A DNA stretch of 64,000 nt from Nitrosopumilus sp. GTDB taxonomy: Archaea; Thermoproteota; Nitrososphaeria; Nitrososphaerales; Nitrosopumilaceae. The stretch lies in the NCBI GenBank assembly GCA_965203315.1, contig OZ241857.1, positions 1,536,001 to 1,600,000 on the forward strand, given 5' to 3'. The position numbers were made by a program, and so were the translations under genes. Below the pieces are notes generated by a model. It did no database searches. It saw nothing but the letters and a program-made list of their open reading frames with translations, and was not told the DNA's origin. Positions within the stretch are counted from its first letter, which is position 1. Every line of letters begins with the position of its first letter. Of the stretch, positions 41,653 through 52,824 are shown in pieces.

Positions 41653-42844
41653 AAATTATGATCACTAATAAAAACATAAGAATTATTGCAAACAAACTCG
41701 GTAAACCTATAGAAATAATTGAAAGAGATTATGTATTAGATTGTCTGCTTTATGGAATTTATCACAAGGATTCAAAACTACGTGATTTGTTGATCTTCAA
41801 AGGTGGAACATCATTAAGAAAAGTATTCTTTACTAATTTGTGGCGGTTTTCAGAGGATCTTGATTTCACATTGATGCCAAACACAGAGCCTAAATTTGTA
41901 ATATCAAATTTTGATCGAGTATGCGAATTTTTAGAAAGAGAGATAGATTTAAAATGTAACGTAAAGATGAATACTCTTAAAAATAATCTTGCAATACAAG
42001 GGGATCTTTTCGATTTACGTTGGATGGATTTTTTTACAGACTCATCATTGCAAGACTTGATGGAATTATTGAAGCGAAATATTCAAACTTTGTATTAAAA
42101 TGTCAATTAAAAAAACACTTGTTATTTAATTCTGTTAGAATTTACTAGACAAATTTAAAATTATACAGAGTTTTCACTGCGTTCAGTATTAATGTGCGCC
42201 ATTTATTTGCTCCTTTTATGATAATTCCAGCTCTGTCGGCTGGTGTGTCACTGTTTAAACCCATATGTGGTCTAATGTAATTGTAATGTATTCTAATTCC
42301 ACGAATAAGAAAAGCATTTTTGAAGCCTTTGATTTTTTGTTCAACATGTCTAAACTTTCCATTAAAACTCTCAATCTCATTGTTGTGTACATGATCACCT
42401 GCCATGTGAATTTCTCTAATGTGAATAGATGACTTGCCTGATTTTGCTTTTGCAAATATCTTCTTAAACGATGCTTCATAACAAGCTGCGCCATCAGTTA
42501 TCAGCACAGATGGTGTTTTTTGTGCAATCTTTTCTGCTTCTTTAAATAATTTATTGACTTGTGCTTTATTTTTCTTCTTGCCAACTTGACTACCCAGCCA
42601 AAACCTTGTTTTACGATCCAGCATCGCAAAGAGATAATGCAGTTTGCCATTGATCTCGAACCACACTTCATCAGCATGATATATCTCACCAATTTGAGGT
42701 GCGAGTGTTGAAATGTACTCATCCATCAATTTGACGTATCTTACAGTCCAGTCGTGAATGGTGGTACACCCAACTTTGACACCTTTCTTTGCCAAAAATT
42801 GTACGACTTCACTCAAGCTAGATCCTGTAAGATGTAAATGTATT

Positions 42845-44327
42845 AGCTCCATCCTATGATTAGGCACAAAATTGAAATTTTTTGACAAATGAGGCAAATT
42901 TTCAGTGAATAAAATCTATCTGACAGAGTTTTGTGCAGTGTGATTATTGTTTTTGATTGGTTTGGTTTTTGATACAAAATTAAATAATTATCTTCGAGTT
43001 ATTTTTGAAATAAATCACATAGAAAATACAAACAATAATAAAGAACGAATATTATTGACAACGACATAGTGGCAAAAAAAATTCCAAAAATAAAAATGTT
43101 AAAAGATGAAGATGATAAATCTTCAGAAATTAGCACACGAATGTTAAATAAAGCACTAAAAAAAGTTAATAACTTAACTCCACTAAGAGTTCTTTTGATA
43201 ATGTTTAGTATGGGAATAGTTGATGTTGAGTTTGTCGTAAATAAATTCGAAAAAGAGCTAAAAAAGTTGAATAGTAAAAAAGTTGGTGGTCCATTTATTT
43301 ATCCAAACTCTTTTATTCACTTTGCTGGTATTTTAAAGATACAAAAGCAAGCGTCCTATGTAGAACTAGCAAATGAATTAAGAAAGCTTTTTCCTGCTTT
43401 TCATACACCTAATCATTCTACACTACACAGGAGAATGAACAAAATAAATGTAGATATTTTGAATGACCTAATTTTAGTTTTAAATGAAAAATTATCTATA
43501 GGTCAAGATAGCACTGGTTTTGAATATCATGCAGGTAGTGGATGGATCGAGTACAAGTGGAAGCTAAAAAGGAGACTATTCATAAAATTGCACATAATCG
43601 TAGAGGTAAAAACGCAAGTTATACTAGCCTGTAGTGTAACAACAAAGAGAGGAGCAGATTCAACACAGTTTGAGCCATTAATTAAGGAGGTACTAGATTT
43701 GGTTAATAGTCTAAAAGAATTAAACAAATCAATAGAGATTGAATATCTAGCTGACAAAGCATATGATTCAAAGAAGATTTTTGACTTTTGTAAAGAACAT
43801 GGAATAACTCCCATAATTCCAGTGAGAAAGAAGGCAAAGTCACATGGTAATGACAAAAGAAGTAAAGAAGTAAGAATTCAATTTGGAGGCAGTATCAATT
43901 GTAAAAATGTAAACAGACTTTCACAAGACACATGTCTATCAAATCAAGACAAATGGAGAATAAAATCAGGATATACTAAACGTTCCCTTACGGAAACACC
44001 ATTTTCAACAACTAAACGCAAGCATGGTGAAAAGGTTAAAGCAAAAAAATGGAAAAATGTGCAGCAAGAAATGCTTTTCAGAGTTGCGGCACACAATTTG
44101 AAAATAATTGAAACTCGTGTCAGAGAAATATTAAAATCGTTTTAATTTATTGCCTTTTTGATCACTTTACTAATAAAACATTGTTAATTGTGCTGCAATG
44201 TTGTAGTTTTAAGAACTGTTTTTAATTTTTATCAATGAATTGGAATGGCAGTTGCTAACAAACCATACTTTTATGCAAATAATATATGCAATATACAAAA
44301 TTTTACAAATAATCATAGGATGGAGCT
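42845..44327 (+). mobile_element. IS5-family (IS903-like) element, 9-bp TSD
   Basis: TIR AGCTCCATCCTATGATT / AATCATAGGATGGAGCT; TSD AAATGTATT. Confidence 0.9.
43069..44145 (+). CDS. IS5-family transposase
   Basis: GQDSTG, FIKLH, LADKAYD, GYTKRSLTETPFS. Confidence 0.9.
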   Translation: MAKKIPKIKMLKDEDDKSSEISTRMLNKALKKVNNLTPLRVLLIMFSMGIVDVEFVVNKFEKELKKLNSKKVGGPFIYPNSFIHFAGILKIQKQASYVELANELRKLFPAFHTPNHSTLHRRMNKINVDILNDLILVLNEKLSIGQDSTGFEYHAGSGWIEYKWKLKRRLFIKLHIIVEVKTQVILACSVTTKRGADSTQFEPLIKEVLDLVNSLKELNKSIEIEYLADKAYDSKKIFDFCKEHGITPIIPVRKKAKSHGNDKRSKEVRIQFGGSINCKNVNRLSQDTCLSNQDKWRIKSGYTKRSLTETPFSTTKRKHGEKVKAKKWKNVQQEMLFRVAAHNLKIIETRVREILKSF

Positions 44328-45520
44328 AAATGTATTGCATCAGTTACATGCTCTGGTGACGCGGCTAGTCCCTCAAATCCCACATTTCCAGAAAACGATA
44401 CCTCGCATATCTTGCAGTAATATTTTTGATTATCATAATTTTTGTTAGGTCTGATGCCATTTTTTACAGTCTCTAGTGTGCCACAATGTTTACAACAAAT
44501 CTTGCCATCATTTAGTGACTCTAGCGTAGTTTCTTTTGTTTTTGTCCCAACCTCCACTACGATATCAACCATTTTGACATGTTTGCATCTCTTTTTTCCA
44601 AACTTGTAGCCTTTACAAGTGCAAAACCAATTTCCTGGTTCACCCATAACATCGTATGTTTCATCTCCTGTTTGAATCTTGACTTTGTAGTGGTTATCTT
44701 GTACTTTTTTGACACACTTGCACATTTCCAAATACTCTTTTGTAGCATCAGACATGCAGATTTGCTCTAGATTTTGCTTCACATGTGTAGTAGAAATATA
44801 CTAGTATATACCACTTTTTTTAAAAAAAGTTAATTTTTTAGTTAAAAATATTTTATTCATTTAAAGTTTTCTATCATATACTAAATTACAAATAGAAATC
44901 TAGTAAATATCACACAATTGTTTTATTTTTGAAGTGTTGGGTAGTTTTAGGAAAAAGTCGTCTAAAAAACCATCCAACGTAAATCGAAAACATCCATACA
45001 AGGAGTCATTCGTTTTTCAAGTACAACTGGCGAGAAAAAGAATATAAAAATTGATATCTCGAGAAAAGAACTGGTAATAGAAGATCCAATAGTGCAAAAC
45101 ATATCTCATTCATATGACGTTTTACCAGATTTTCAGGTAAAAACGTACACAATCAATGAGATACTTGTAGAAAAAATTTGTAGTCTAATGCAGCGCACAA
45201 AAGTGAGAGACTATTATGACGTTTGGAAGATATTTAGTTCTAACGTTTATGGTTTTGATACTGTAATGATTACCAAAATGATCAAACAAAAATGCAGCAT
45301 CAACAATAGAAAATATGATCCATATTTAATATTCAACAATACTCGACTTGGCGAGTTAGAAAAATACTGGAAGATGTGGTTGGATGTTCTAGTTGTTGAG
45401 GATCTACCCGAGTTTGACAAGGTCTTTGATGATATTAAGATTCAACTTGCGTTTCTTTATGAAGATGATTAGTAGAGGATCTGGTTATTTCAATTTGATG
45501 CGATTGATAATGCTATTTAC

Positions 45521-45633
45521 GGATATTTTTGATTTACGTAGGATAGCATTTTCCCAGACTTTTCCCCAACATTTCTGTAGAGTCTTGCAGTACTTTTTCT
45601 GTAAAATTTTATTTTACGTAACCGAAAAGATCG
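45521..45633. mobile_element. IS6-derived MITE
   Basis: GGATATTTTTGATTTACGT ... ACGTAACCGAAAAGATCG. Confidence 0.7.
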
Positions 45634-45746
45634 AGACCGATGCAATATCTGGACATCAAATACATGCATATCGCACATATCACTTGATATTGTCACGTCA
45701 TAGTACCACATGAATGCTTTTATGTCTTTGTTACAAAATACTTGTA

Positions 45747-46556
45747 ATGTCTAACAAGTCTGCAATTGAATGGACTAATGCTACATGGAATCCAACTACA
45801 GGATGTACAAAAATATCGTCTGGATGTAAAAATTGCTATGCTGAAAGATTGTCCACAAAACTGAAACGTTGGGGAGTTCAAAAGTATGAAAACGATTTTG
45901 AATTCACTCAACACGAGAATGAACTTTTGACACCACTTCACTGGAAAAAACCACAAAGAATTTTTGTTAATTCTATGTCTGATTTATTCCACGAGGAAGC
46001 CGATCTTGGATTTATTGAGAAAGTGTTTATGACAATGCTTGTTGGAGATTGGCATACATATCAAATTTTGACTAAGCGACCAAATAAGATGAGGGATTTT
46101 TCTAGACTTTTCTATAAAATCTTTGGCTTTCCTATACCGGAGCATATTTGGATGGGAGTTAGTGTTGAAGATAATGCGTCAGTGTATAGGATCAAGGAGT
46201 TAAGACAAGTTAAATCTTATTGTAAATTCATTAGCTTTGAACCATTGTTAGAAAAGATAGGCAGAATAGACCTCAAAAATATCGATTGGGTAATAATCGG
46301 AGGTGAGAGTGGTCCTGAATATAGATCAATAGAAGAAGAATGGATCTTGGATTTAATAAAACAGTGTAAGAGACAAAAGACTAAAATTTTCTTTAAACAA
46401 TGGGGAGGTCCTAGACCAAAATCTGGCGGAAGAGTAATTCGAGGCAAAACATTCGATCAGTTTCCAATTAAAAAGGTATTAAAAAATACACATCAGAAAA
46501 AGTTTGAGAGGGTGAAAAATAAACTAAATGAAGAATCATATAGAGCCCATTCATAA
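45747..46556 (+). CDS. DUF5131 / phage Gp37Gp68 family radical-SAM-like protein (C-terminus replaced by IS)
   Basis: IEWT.ATWNPTTGCTKIS.GCKNCYA, FVNSMSDLFH, GGESG, FFKQWGG. Confidence 0.9.
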   Translation: MSNKSAIEWTNATWNPTTGCTKISSGCKNCYAERLSTKLKRWGVQKYENDFEFTQHENELLTPLHWKKPQRIFVNSMSDLFHEEADLGFIEKVFMTMLVGDWHTYQILTKRPNKMRDFSRLFYKIFGFPIPEHIWMGVSVEDNASVYRIKELRQVKSYCKFISFEPLLEKIGRIDLKNIDWVIIGGESGPEYRSIEEEWILDLIKQCKRQKTKIFFKQWGGPRPKSGGRVIRGKTFDQFPIKKVLKNTHQKKFERVKNKLNEESYRAHS

Positions 46557-48034
46557 TTCCCTTTTCATTAGTCCACAGTTTTGATAACTTTGTAAAATAT
46601 ATTGTAATCAACGTTGCAGAGCAAAGTTTGTAACACGAAATGCAAAAGATAATGTCCAGTTTGATAATAAAATATTCAAATCGATGCAAAGAATATACAA
46701 ATATCATAAAAATCCAAAACATCGTGCGCAGTCGTATGGTGCTGCAATACACTCTGTGTTATTTGATTCCGGCTATCTCTTTTAGCTTTTTGAGTCGCGC
46801 AGTTGGTCTGTCTCTTATTTTATCCCAAAGACGATTGTAATTAACCAGAGTAGCTATTCCTTGCATCAGTAGGTTGTGATCATCATCGTTTCCTTGAAAC
46901 TGGTGCTGCAAGATTGCATACTGTTTACCTTCACCTATTACATTCTCTATTATTACACGAATTGCTCGTTGCCATCTGTTAAACTCCATCTGTTCTTTTG
47001 TGAGTTGACCTTTTGGTGGTCTCTTGTATGGTGTGATTACATTAACGCCAAGATAATCTTCGCCAGCTGATATGTACACAGCATCCAAATAGAGATCAAA
47101 CTTTTCCTTGTCTGGCGTGTTTGGATCTTTCATTGCTAGCCCCCATTTACCCCAGTCCAGTTCCATCTCTCTAAGAATCACTATGTCGCTTTTAGGCCCA
47201 GGATATGTCTTGGTGATGTCCAAGATCTCTTTTCTGTTGTTTGTCAGAACGCCCTCCTTTACTGTATGATGGTGCTTGTATCCAGAGTAATAGTCTTCAT
47301 TTAACTCCTCGTCTGTAGGTACATTAATGAACGACTCTGTACAGTCTCCAAACAGTTCTAAATTTGGTATCCACTCTTTGAGCTCTTTAATCGTCTTGCA
47401 GTTCTTGATTGCTTTGCTGAATCCACCAGTTGACGCAAAAAATATCGGAAGAAACTTTTGGACATATGCTACATACCTTGATATCGTGGGTTGCGATATT
47501 GAAAAGTGGCTGCCTAGTCTATCTTGTGTTAACCCTGTTGTCATGTATGCTAATGCCAAAAATAAGATATGTCGTAACGTGACCATACAGACTTTTCCTT
47601 GTCCAAACTCTGTATCCGAACATTGTGGTACTCTTCCACACTTGTCTGCGTATTTGTTAAATTCGTCATACATCTCATCAAATTGCTGTGGCGTCATCTT
47701 TATGTTATGATGTAGTTTATTTGGGTCGTCGAGTATCTCATCAATTAATTCTAGAGCATGTTGTAGACTCGTCTTTGTCTCATCACGTTTATCTACATAT
47801 CTCCACATTGCTCTCTCTGATTCTAGTTTAGATTCAGCTTTGGCCAGAGCCGCTTCTGCTCTTATTCGTCTCTTTCTCTCTGATTCTAGTTCAGATTCTA
47901 GTGTACAACAAGTTTGACAATCCATGTTTACTGTACAACAGATTAAAACTAAAGCATTACTGCTGAAATGTGTTGACAAAATGGTAAAAAACTAGAGCAC
48001 AATACGAGCCAAAAGAGAATTATGAATGGGCTCT
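46542..48034 (-). mobile_element. ISL2-like element, 3-bp TSD
   Basis: TIR AGAGCCCATTCATAATTC / GAATTATGAATGGGCTCT; TSD TAT. Confidence 0.9.
46759..47979 (-). CDS. ISL2-like DDE transposase (start may be ATG 47925)
   Basis: FGDCTE, YSGYKHHHT, YLDAVY, RVIIENVIG. Confidence 0.9.
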   Translation of the reverse strand: MSTHFSSNALVLICCTVNMDCQTCCTLESELESERKRRIRAEAALAKAESKLESERAMWRYVDKRDETKTSLQHALELIDEILDDPNKLHHNIKMTPQQFDEMYDEFNKYADKCGRVPQCSDTEFGQGKVCMVTLRHILFLALAYMTTGLTQDRLGSHFSISQPTISRYVAYVQKFLPIFFASTGGFSKAIKNCKTIKELKEWIPNLELFGDCTESFINVPTDEELNEDYYSGYKHHHTVKEGVLTNNRKEILDITKTYPGPKSDIVILREMELDWGKWGLAMKDPNTPDKEKFDLYLDAVYISAGEDYLGVNVITPYKRPPKGQLTKEQMEFNRWQRAIRVIIENVIGEGKQYAILQHQFQGNDDDHNLLMQGIATLVNYNRLWDKIRDRPTARLKKLKEIAGIK

Positions 48035-48115
48035 TATGATGAAATAATCAATTTTATAAAGTTAAAATGACTAAATTTTTCTCCAGCACGCTAGCTGTTT
48101 TGCACAATATAATAA

Positions 48116-48433
48116 TTATCTGTTATATTTGATAATTAATTCATCTCTTTCTAGTAATGAAATTGGCAAAGAATAACATTCAAAGTAAACATCTGAAAAC
48201 AGATCCTCCAGTTTAGATATTTTTTCATCTATGATATCTTCTTTTTCCATATCTCGTCCTTTCCCATCTATGTACCCAATATGAAAACAATGACAAGCGG
48301 ACTCACCATTTCCCCATTGGTATTGTATTTCTGATACAAACGATACATCTTTGAATGTTTCCCGAATAGCATCAACCAATTTATACGATAGAGGTTCTTG
48401 ATAATCTAATATGTTGGAGAATCCTTTTGCCAT
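48116..48433 (-). CDS. Hypothetical protein
   Basis: 105-aa acidic ORF, TTTATA upstream. Confidence 0.55.
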   Translation of the reverse strand: MAKGFSNILDYQEPLSYKLVDAIRETFKDVSFVSEIQYQWGNGESACHCFHIGYIDGKGRDMEKEDIIDEKISKLEDLFSDVYFECYSLPISLLERDELIIKYNR

Positions 48434-48675
48434 GTTTTATGTTATAATGAAAATCTAATATAAATGTATTGACTGATCTTTTTAATTTAAACATGTCATA
48501 AATATGATCATTTGATCTTCAAAATCTTTCTATAGTCGTGTGCAGAAATAACTTTACGCTATTTCATAATTTCTTACAACACTGAATATTTTTTACTATT
48601 CTAATCTATTGGAGGAGTTAGTGATCTATTAATCCAGAAACGTCTTAATCGATAGATGCGAATGTAAACTTGTTC

Positions 48676-48879
48676 CTACCCACGACTATAGATGAGTCCA
48701 AGTTTTTTCTCTACCTTTTTGCCTTGCTTAATCGCACCTCGTAAATCTTTTGGTAATAATGAATCGTCTATTGCTTGTGTTTTTTCTATTATACTCCACA
48801 GTTTTTTATACTCTTGATACACTCTCAGTGCCTTTCGTTCTTCCTCATCAAGTAGACGTTGTTCCATGCTAGCTATCAC
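48676..48879 (-). CDS. Small hypothetical protein
   Basis: 67-aa charged ORF, TTTATA upstream. Confidence 0.45.
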   Translation of the reverse strand: MIASMEQRLLDEEERKALRVYQEYKKLWSIIEKTQAIDDSLLPKDLRGAIKQGKKVEKKLGLIYSRG

Positions 48880-49205
48880 TTGTAGTATTAAAAAATAATG
48901 TATAAAGGTTATCTACCGTTATTTGAATTAGTACTACCCTTAGACTGTGATGCTTGGCTAAATTGAATCTTTGTTGGGACATACTGATGGATTTGATGAG
49001 CGTCTCAAGATGATTCTAGTAAATAACGATAATCTAGTTCTCACGTCTAACCGTGTTGTTCCATATCTGTGAAAAGAGCGCAGAGAAGACACTTGATAAT
49101 CTATGCCTTGACCTGTCTTTTAGGCTCAAAACCACAATCTCTGCCCTACAATTTACCAAGTCAAAAAATTTAGACTATTTATACCACTTGATATTGTACT
49201 GTACT

Positions 49206-50723
49206 ATGGCAAATGTACTCAAGACCATCCGTACTGGCGATGATTACATTGAGAGCCTTCGAGGACGTAATCTCAAAGTCTATCTCTTTGGTGAACTAGT
49301 AAAAGAGCCTGTAGATCATCCTATGATTCGTCCATCCATTAATGCTGTCGCTGAGACGTATGATCTTGCACTACGCGAAGCAGAACTCGCAACAGCCAAC
49401 TCGTCTATAACTGGAATACAGGTTAATCGCTTCTTACATATCGCAGAGAGCGCTCAAGACTTGGTACGTCAGAACAAGATGCAGCGAAGGCTAGGTCAGA
49501 ATACAGGTACGTGCTTTCAGCGTTGTGTCGGTATGGATGCATTAAATGCACTCCATTCTACAACATTTGAGATCGATGAAAAGCATGGCACAGATTATCA
49601 TAAACGCTTCTTAGAGTTTGTAAAGATGGTTCAAAGAGAGAACCTTGTCATTGGAGGTGCAATGACTGATCCAAAAGGAGATCGTAGTAAGGGACCATCA
49701 CAACAAGAAGATCCAGATCTCTTCACTCGTGTAGTAGATACCGATGAGCGAGGAATCTATGTGTCTGGGGCAAAGGCACATCAGACAGGTTGTATAAACT
49801 CTCACTGGATAATACTGATGCCAACTGTAAGATTGACAGAAGACGACAAAGACTGGGCAATAGTCGGTGCAATTCCAGCTGATACAAAGGGTGTCACATA
49901 CATCTATGGTAGACAGTCTTGTGATACTCGTAGTATGGAAGAGGGCGACATCGATGCAGGTAATGCAAAGTTTGGTGGCCAAGAAGCACTAATAATTTTA
50001 GATCGTGTCTTTATACCGTGGAACAATGTATTCATGTACGGTGAGTACGAGTTTGCGTCGATGCTGATCGAACGATTCACATGTTATCATAGACGCAGCT
50101 ATGTATGCAAGACAGGTCTTGGTGATGTATTGATTGGAGCAGCTGCAACTATTGCTGAATATAATGGCGTACCCAAAGTATCACACATCAAAGATAAGAT
50201 TATCGAGATGACTCATCTAAACGAGACTATATTTGCAGCAGGTCTCGCATCATCGTATCAAGGACACAAACTAAAGTCTGGTGTATATCTCAACGATGAC
50301 ATGCTTGCTCAAGTCTGTAAACATAATGTAACTCGTTTTCCATACGAGATAGGCAGACTGGCTCAAGATATTGCAGGTGGCCTAGTAGTTACACTCCCAT
50401 CTGAACAAGACTTTAAACATCCAGAGGCGGGTCCTCTGCTCAAAAAGTATCTGGCAGGTCGTAAAGGAACAGACGTCGAGAATCGAATGCGCATATTGAG
50501 ACTTATCGAGAACATGACACTTGGTAGGAATGCGGTAGGTTATCTGACAGAGTCTATGCATGGAGCAGGTTCTCCACAAGCTCAACGAATTCAGATTCAA
50601 AGACAGATGCAGATAGAGTACAAAAAGAATCTAGCCAAGAACCTAGCAGGAATTAAAAACGATATTCACGAACCTAAAGAACCCTCTGAGTACTTTAAGC
50701 GAGTATTTGGAATTAAAGACTAG
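49206..50723 (+). CDS. hcd: 4-hydroxybutyryl-CoA dehydratase
   Basis: MANVLKTIRTG start, TCFQRCVGMD, MTDPKGDR, GAKAHQT, HGAGSPQAQ. Confidence 0.95.
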   Translation: MANVLKTIRTGDDYIESLRGRNLKVYLFGELVKEPVDHPMIRPSINAVAETYDLALREAELATANSSITGIQVNRFLHIAESAQDLVRQNKMQRRLGQNTGTCFQRCVGMDALNALHSTTFEIDEKHGTDYHKRFLEFVKMVQRENLVIGGAMTDPKGDRSKGPSQQEDPDLFTRVVDTDERGIYVSGAKAHQTGCINSHWIILMPTVRLTEDDKDWAIVGAIPADTKGVTYIYGRQSCDTRSMEEGDIDAGNAKFGGQEALIILDRVFIPWNNVFMYGEYEFASMLIERFTCYHRRSYVCKTGLGDVLIGAAATIAEYNGVPKVSHIKDKIIEMTHLNETIFAAGLASSYQGHKLKSGVYLNDDMLAQVCKHNVTRFPYEIGRLAQDIAGGLVVTLPSEQDFKHPEAGPLLKKYLAGRKGTDVENRMRILRLIENMTLGRNAVGYLTESMHGAGSPQAQRIQIQRQMQIEYKKNLAKNLAGIKNDIHEPKEPSEYFKRVFGIKD

Positions 50724-50769
50724 AGATAGTTGAAAGTTTCTCTCAATCCTGACTAACATTCTAGACGAG

Positions 50770-51426
50770 TCAAGTGATATCTTTATCTTTCGAGTCGTCT
50801 CTATCTTTTGTCTTGTTGCTTTGACTATCATCACTATGAGAATTATCACTCTCTGTCGATATGTTGTCTCTAGTACTGGATTCTTTATCCTCTTGATCAT
50901 CATCACTCTTTTTTGTTGATATCTCTGGCTTCTTTCCTCCATACTTGTACTTTATCGCGACTATTCCTATGATTACTGCGATTATGATATAGTTGACAGG
51001 TGGTTTTATCAGCTTTGGTATGTAGCCTATCTCTGGAATCGTATACACTACCTTGCCGATATAGTCGTGCTCTTTTATCGGAAAGTCTGTACCGGGAATA
51101 GAGGTGGGATTTGCATCTCCTTTTGCTCGTATGGTCTTTGGTTCGTCATCTATTATCGCTTCTACTCTATGTACTATCACTCTCTCGTGACCAGATGGAC
51201 GATTAAATACGATGATATCACCTACCTCGATATCTGCAAATGGAATACGACCTTGTACTATCAAAACATCGTTCACTTGAAGTACTGGGACCATACTTCC
51301 ACTTGCCACTACATAAAACGGATTTATTCCAAATGCAATATACAGTCCTCCATAAATGATTGCTGCCCCTGCTGCGACGATAATAATATCTTTGATGATC
51401 TTGTTTGATAGTATTCGTTTTACCAT
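50770..51426 (-). CDS. Signal peptidase I (archaeal type)
   Basis: VASGSMVP, GDIIVF, IVHRV, KGDAN. Confidence 0.9.
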   Translation of the reverse strand: MVKRILSNKIIKDIIIVAAGAAIIYGGLYIAFGINPFYVVASGSMVPVLQVNDVLIVQGRIPFADIEVGDIIVFNRPSGHERVIVHRVEAIIDDEPKTIRAKGDANPTSIPGTDFPIKEHDYIGKVVYTIPEIGYIPKLIKPPVNYIIIAVIIGIVAIKYKYGGKKPEISTKKSDDDQEDKESSTRDNISTESDNSHSDDSQSNKTKDRDDSKDKDIT

Positions 51427-51482
51427 CTGTATGACCTCAAATTAGATTTTCTGATCATACGCTGTTCACTTGTTGTGTACTC

Positions 51483-52331
51483 CTAACTTTGAATATTTGC
51501 GCCACACTCTTCGCAGAATTTGGAGCCTTCTTTGTTTACGAATCCACAGCTTGTACACTTGTTAGAGTCTACATGTCCTGTGGACTGTTCATTCAGAAAT
51601 ATCACTTCTCCAACCTTTTTGATGTTAGACCATGGAATGTTAAACTCTGTTCCATCACTGCCTGTTATTACTAGGACCATCGATTGTGTAGCATCTATGC
51701 CAATCTGTTTTGCGATACCTACCTTGTTTGCATCATGATCATATACTGTACGTCCTTCAATCGAACGCACTGCTGTTGCATGCGATAGTGACGATTCGCC
51801 TTTGGTGACGTTTGCAGATACAATAGTCTCTTGAGATGATACATCTTGTACATTTGGTACATCTTGTACACTAGATTGTACAGTCATCTCACGAGTTGCT
51901 ACATCTTGGACAGCATTTGATACATCAGGTACAACTGTGGATTGTACGTTTGGTACACTAGTCTGAGGTGTCGATTCTAGTGGTTTTGCATTACCGATAT
52001 CCATAGACTCGTCTGATTTTTTAAACTCACGGACCTCAGCAAGAGCGCCATTGCATGAAGCACAGACATACTGTCCTCGATTAATCAGAATTAGATTCTC
52101 TGCAACCTCTTCATTAGGTGATTCGAACTCCATCTTTGGAGCCCCTTCAAACTCTTTATCGCAAGTGTTGCAGTAATATTTGGTGATAAGTGACTCATCG
52201 ATCTTGCCTATAGGTGCCAAGAAGAGATCTGGACCACCCAAGTTTCCTTTAGCCTGTTGTTCGTCGGTAACTTTGGCCATGATGTAGCCACCAGACGCCC
52301 TCAACTTCTTCAACCTGAGCTCACTACTCAT
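51483..52331 (-). CDS. Zinc-ribbon / PRC-barrel protein
   Basis: Several CxxC pairs, PRC-like IEGRTVYD..IPWSNI, low-complexity linker. Confidence 0.75.
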   Translation of the reverse strand: MSSELRLKKLRASGGYIMAKVTDEQQAKGNLGGPDLFLAPIGKIDESLITKYYCNTCDKEFEGAPKMEFESPNEEVAENLILINRGQYVCASCNGALAEVREFKKSDESMDIGNAKPLESTPQTSVPNVQSTVVPDVSNAVQDVATREMTVQSSVQDVPNVQDVSSQETIVSANVTKGESSLSHATAVRSIEGRTVYDHDANKVGIAKQIGIDATQSMVLVITGSDGTEFNIPWSNIKKVGEVIFLNEQSTGHVDSNKCTSCGFVNKEGSKFCEECGANIQS

Positions 52332-52432
52332 ACTCTCTTACTCTAACTAGACACCATTTAAGTATTAATTCCAACAAAAAATGGTGTAATTACTGTTAAC
52401 GTTTTTAGGTATCATGTATACTATACAGATAG

Positions 52433-52759
52433 ATGTCAGTGACACACGTTTCAGACGCAAAGAGCTGGGAGATCGATGTAATCAACTCGGACATTCCTGT
52501 ATTTGTGGACTTTTGGGCCGAATGGTGCGGTCCATGCAGAACGGTAGGTCCTGTAGTAGAAGAACTAGCAACAGACTATGACGGAAGAGTAAAGTTTGTC
52601 AAGGTAAACGTTGACCAAGCCAATGAACTTGCTTCCAAGTATAATGTCTTTAGTATTCCTACTCTACTACTCATAAACAAGGGCGAGGTGGTAAGCCAAC
52701 AGGTTGGCGCAGCCTCTAAAGAGTCTTACAAGAACATGATCGATCGCGCTCTCGCATAA
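52433..52759 (+). CDS. trxA: Thioredoxin
   Basis: WCGPC. Confidence 0.95.
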   Translation: MSVTHVSDAKSWEIDVINSDIPVFVDFWAEWCGPCRTVGPVVEELATDYDGRVKFVKVNVDQANELASKYNVFSIPTLLLINKGEVVSQQVGAASKESYKNMIDRALA

Positions 52760-52824
52760 ACTCCAAAACTATTCTTTATTTTTAATCCTAAAGTAATTAA
52801 TATGCTAGATATACATGTACATCA

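Larger units (their letters stand above)
42145..44782 (-). pseudogene. IS6 transposase (SWIM + Zn ribbon + DDE) split by IS5; rejoins to 381 aa
   Basis: CTCKGY..CKH, CKHC..CKIC, HADEVW, LITDG, NNEIES; rejoined junction reads DAIHLHLTG. Confidence 0.88.
42002..44995 (-). mobile_element. IS6-family element, 8-bp TSD, containing a nested IS5
   Basis: TIR GGAT(C/G)TTTTCGATTTACGTTGGATGG; TSD ATACAAGG at 41994-42001 and 44996-45003. Confidence 0.92.
41658..45472 (+). pseudogene. AbiEii nucleotidyltransferase toxin interrupted by IS6
   Basis: IERDY, FKGGTSL, RFSEDLDF and EKI..R.KVRDYYD; 41658-42001 + 45004-45472 rejoin to 270 aa. Confidence 0.9.

Noticed and set aside
49053-49205. N-terminal extension of hcd in the ORF track
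   Set aside because: Conserved start is MANVLK at 49206, with a TTTATA box just upstream
51830-51970. Short VQDV/NVQ repeats
   Set aside because: Ordinary low-complexity linker within a zinc-ribbon protein
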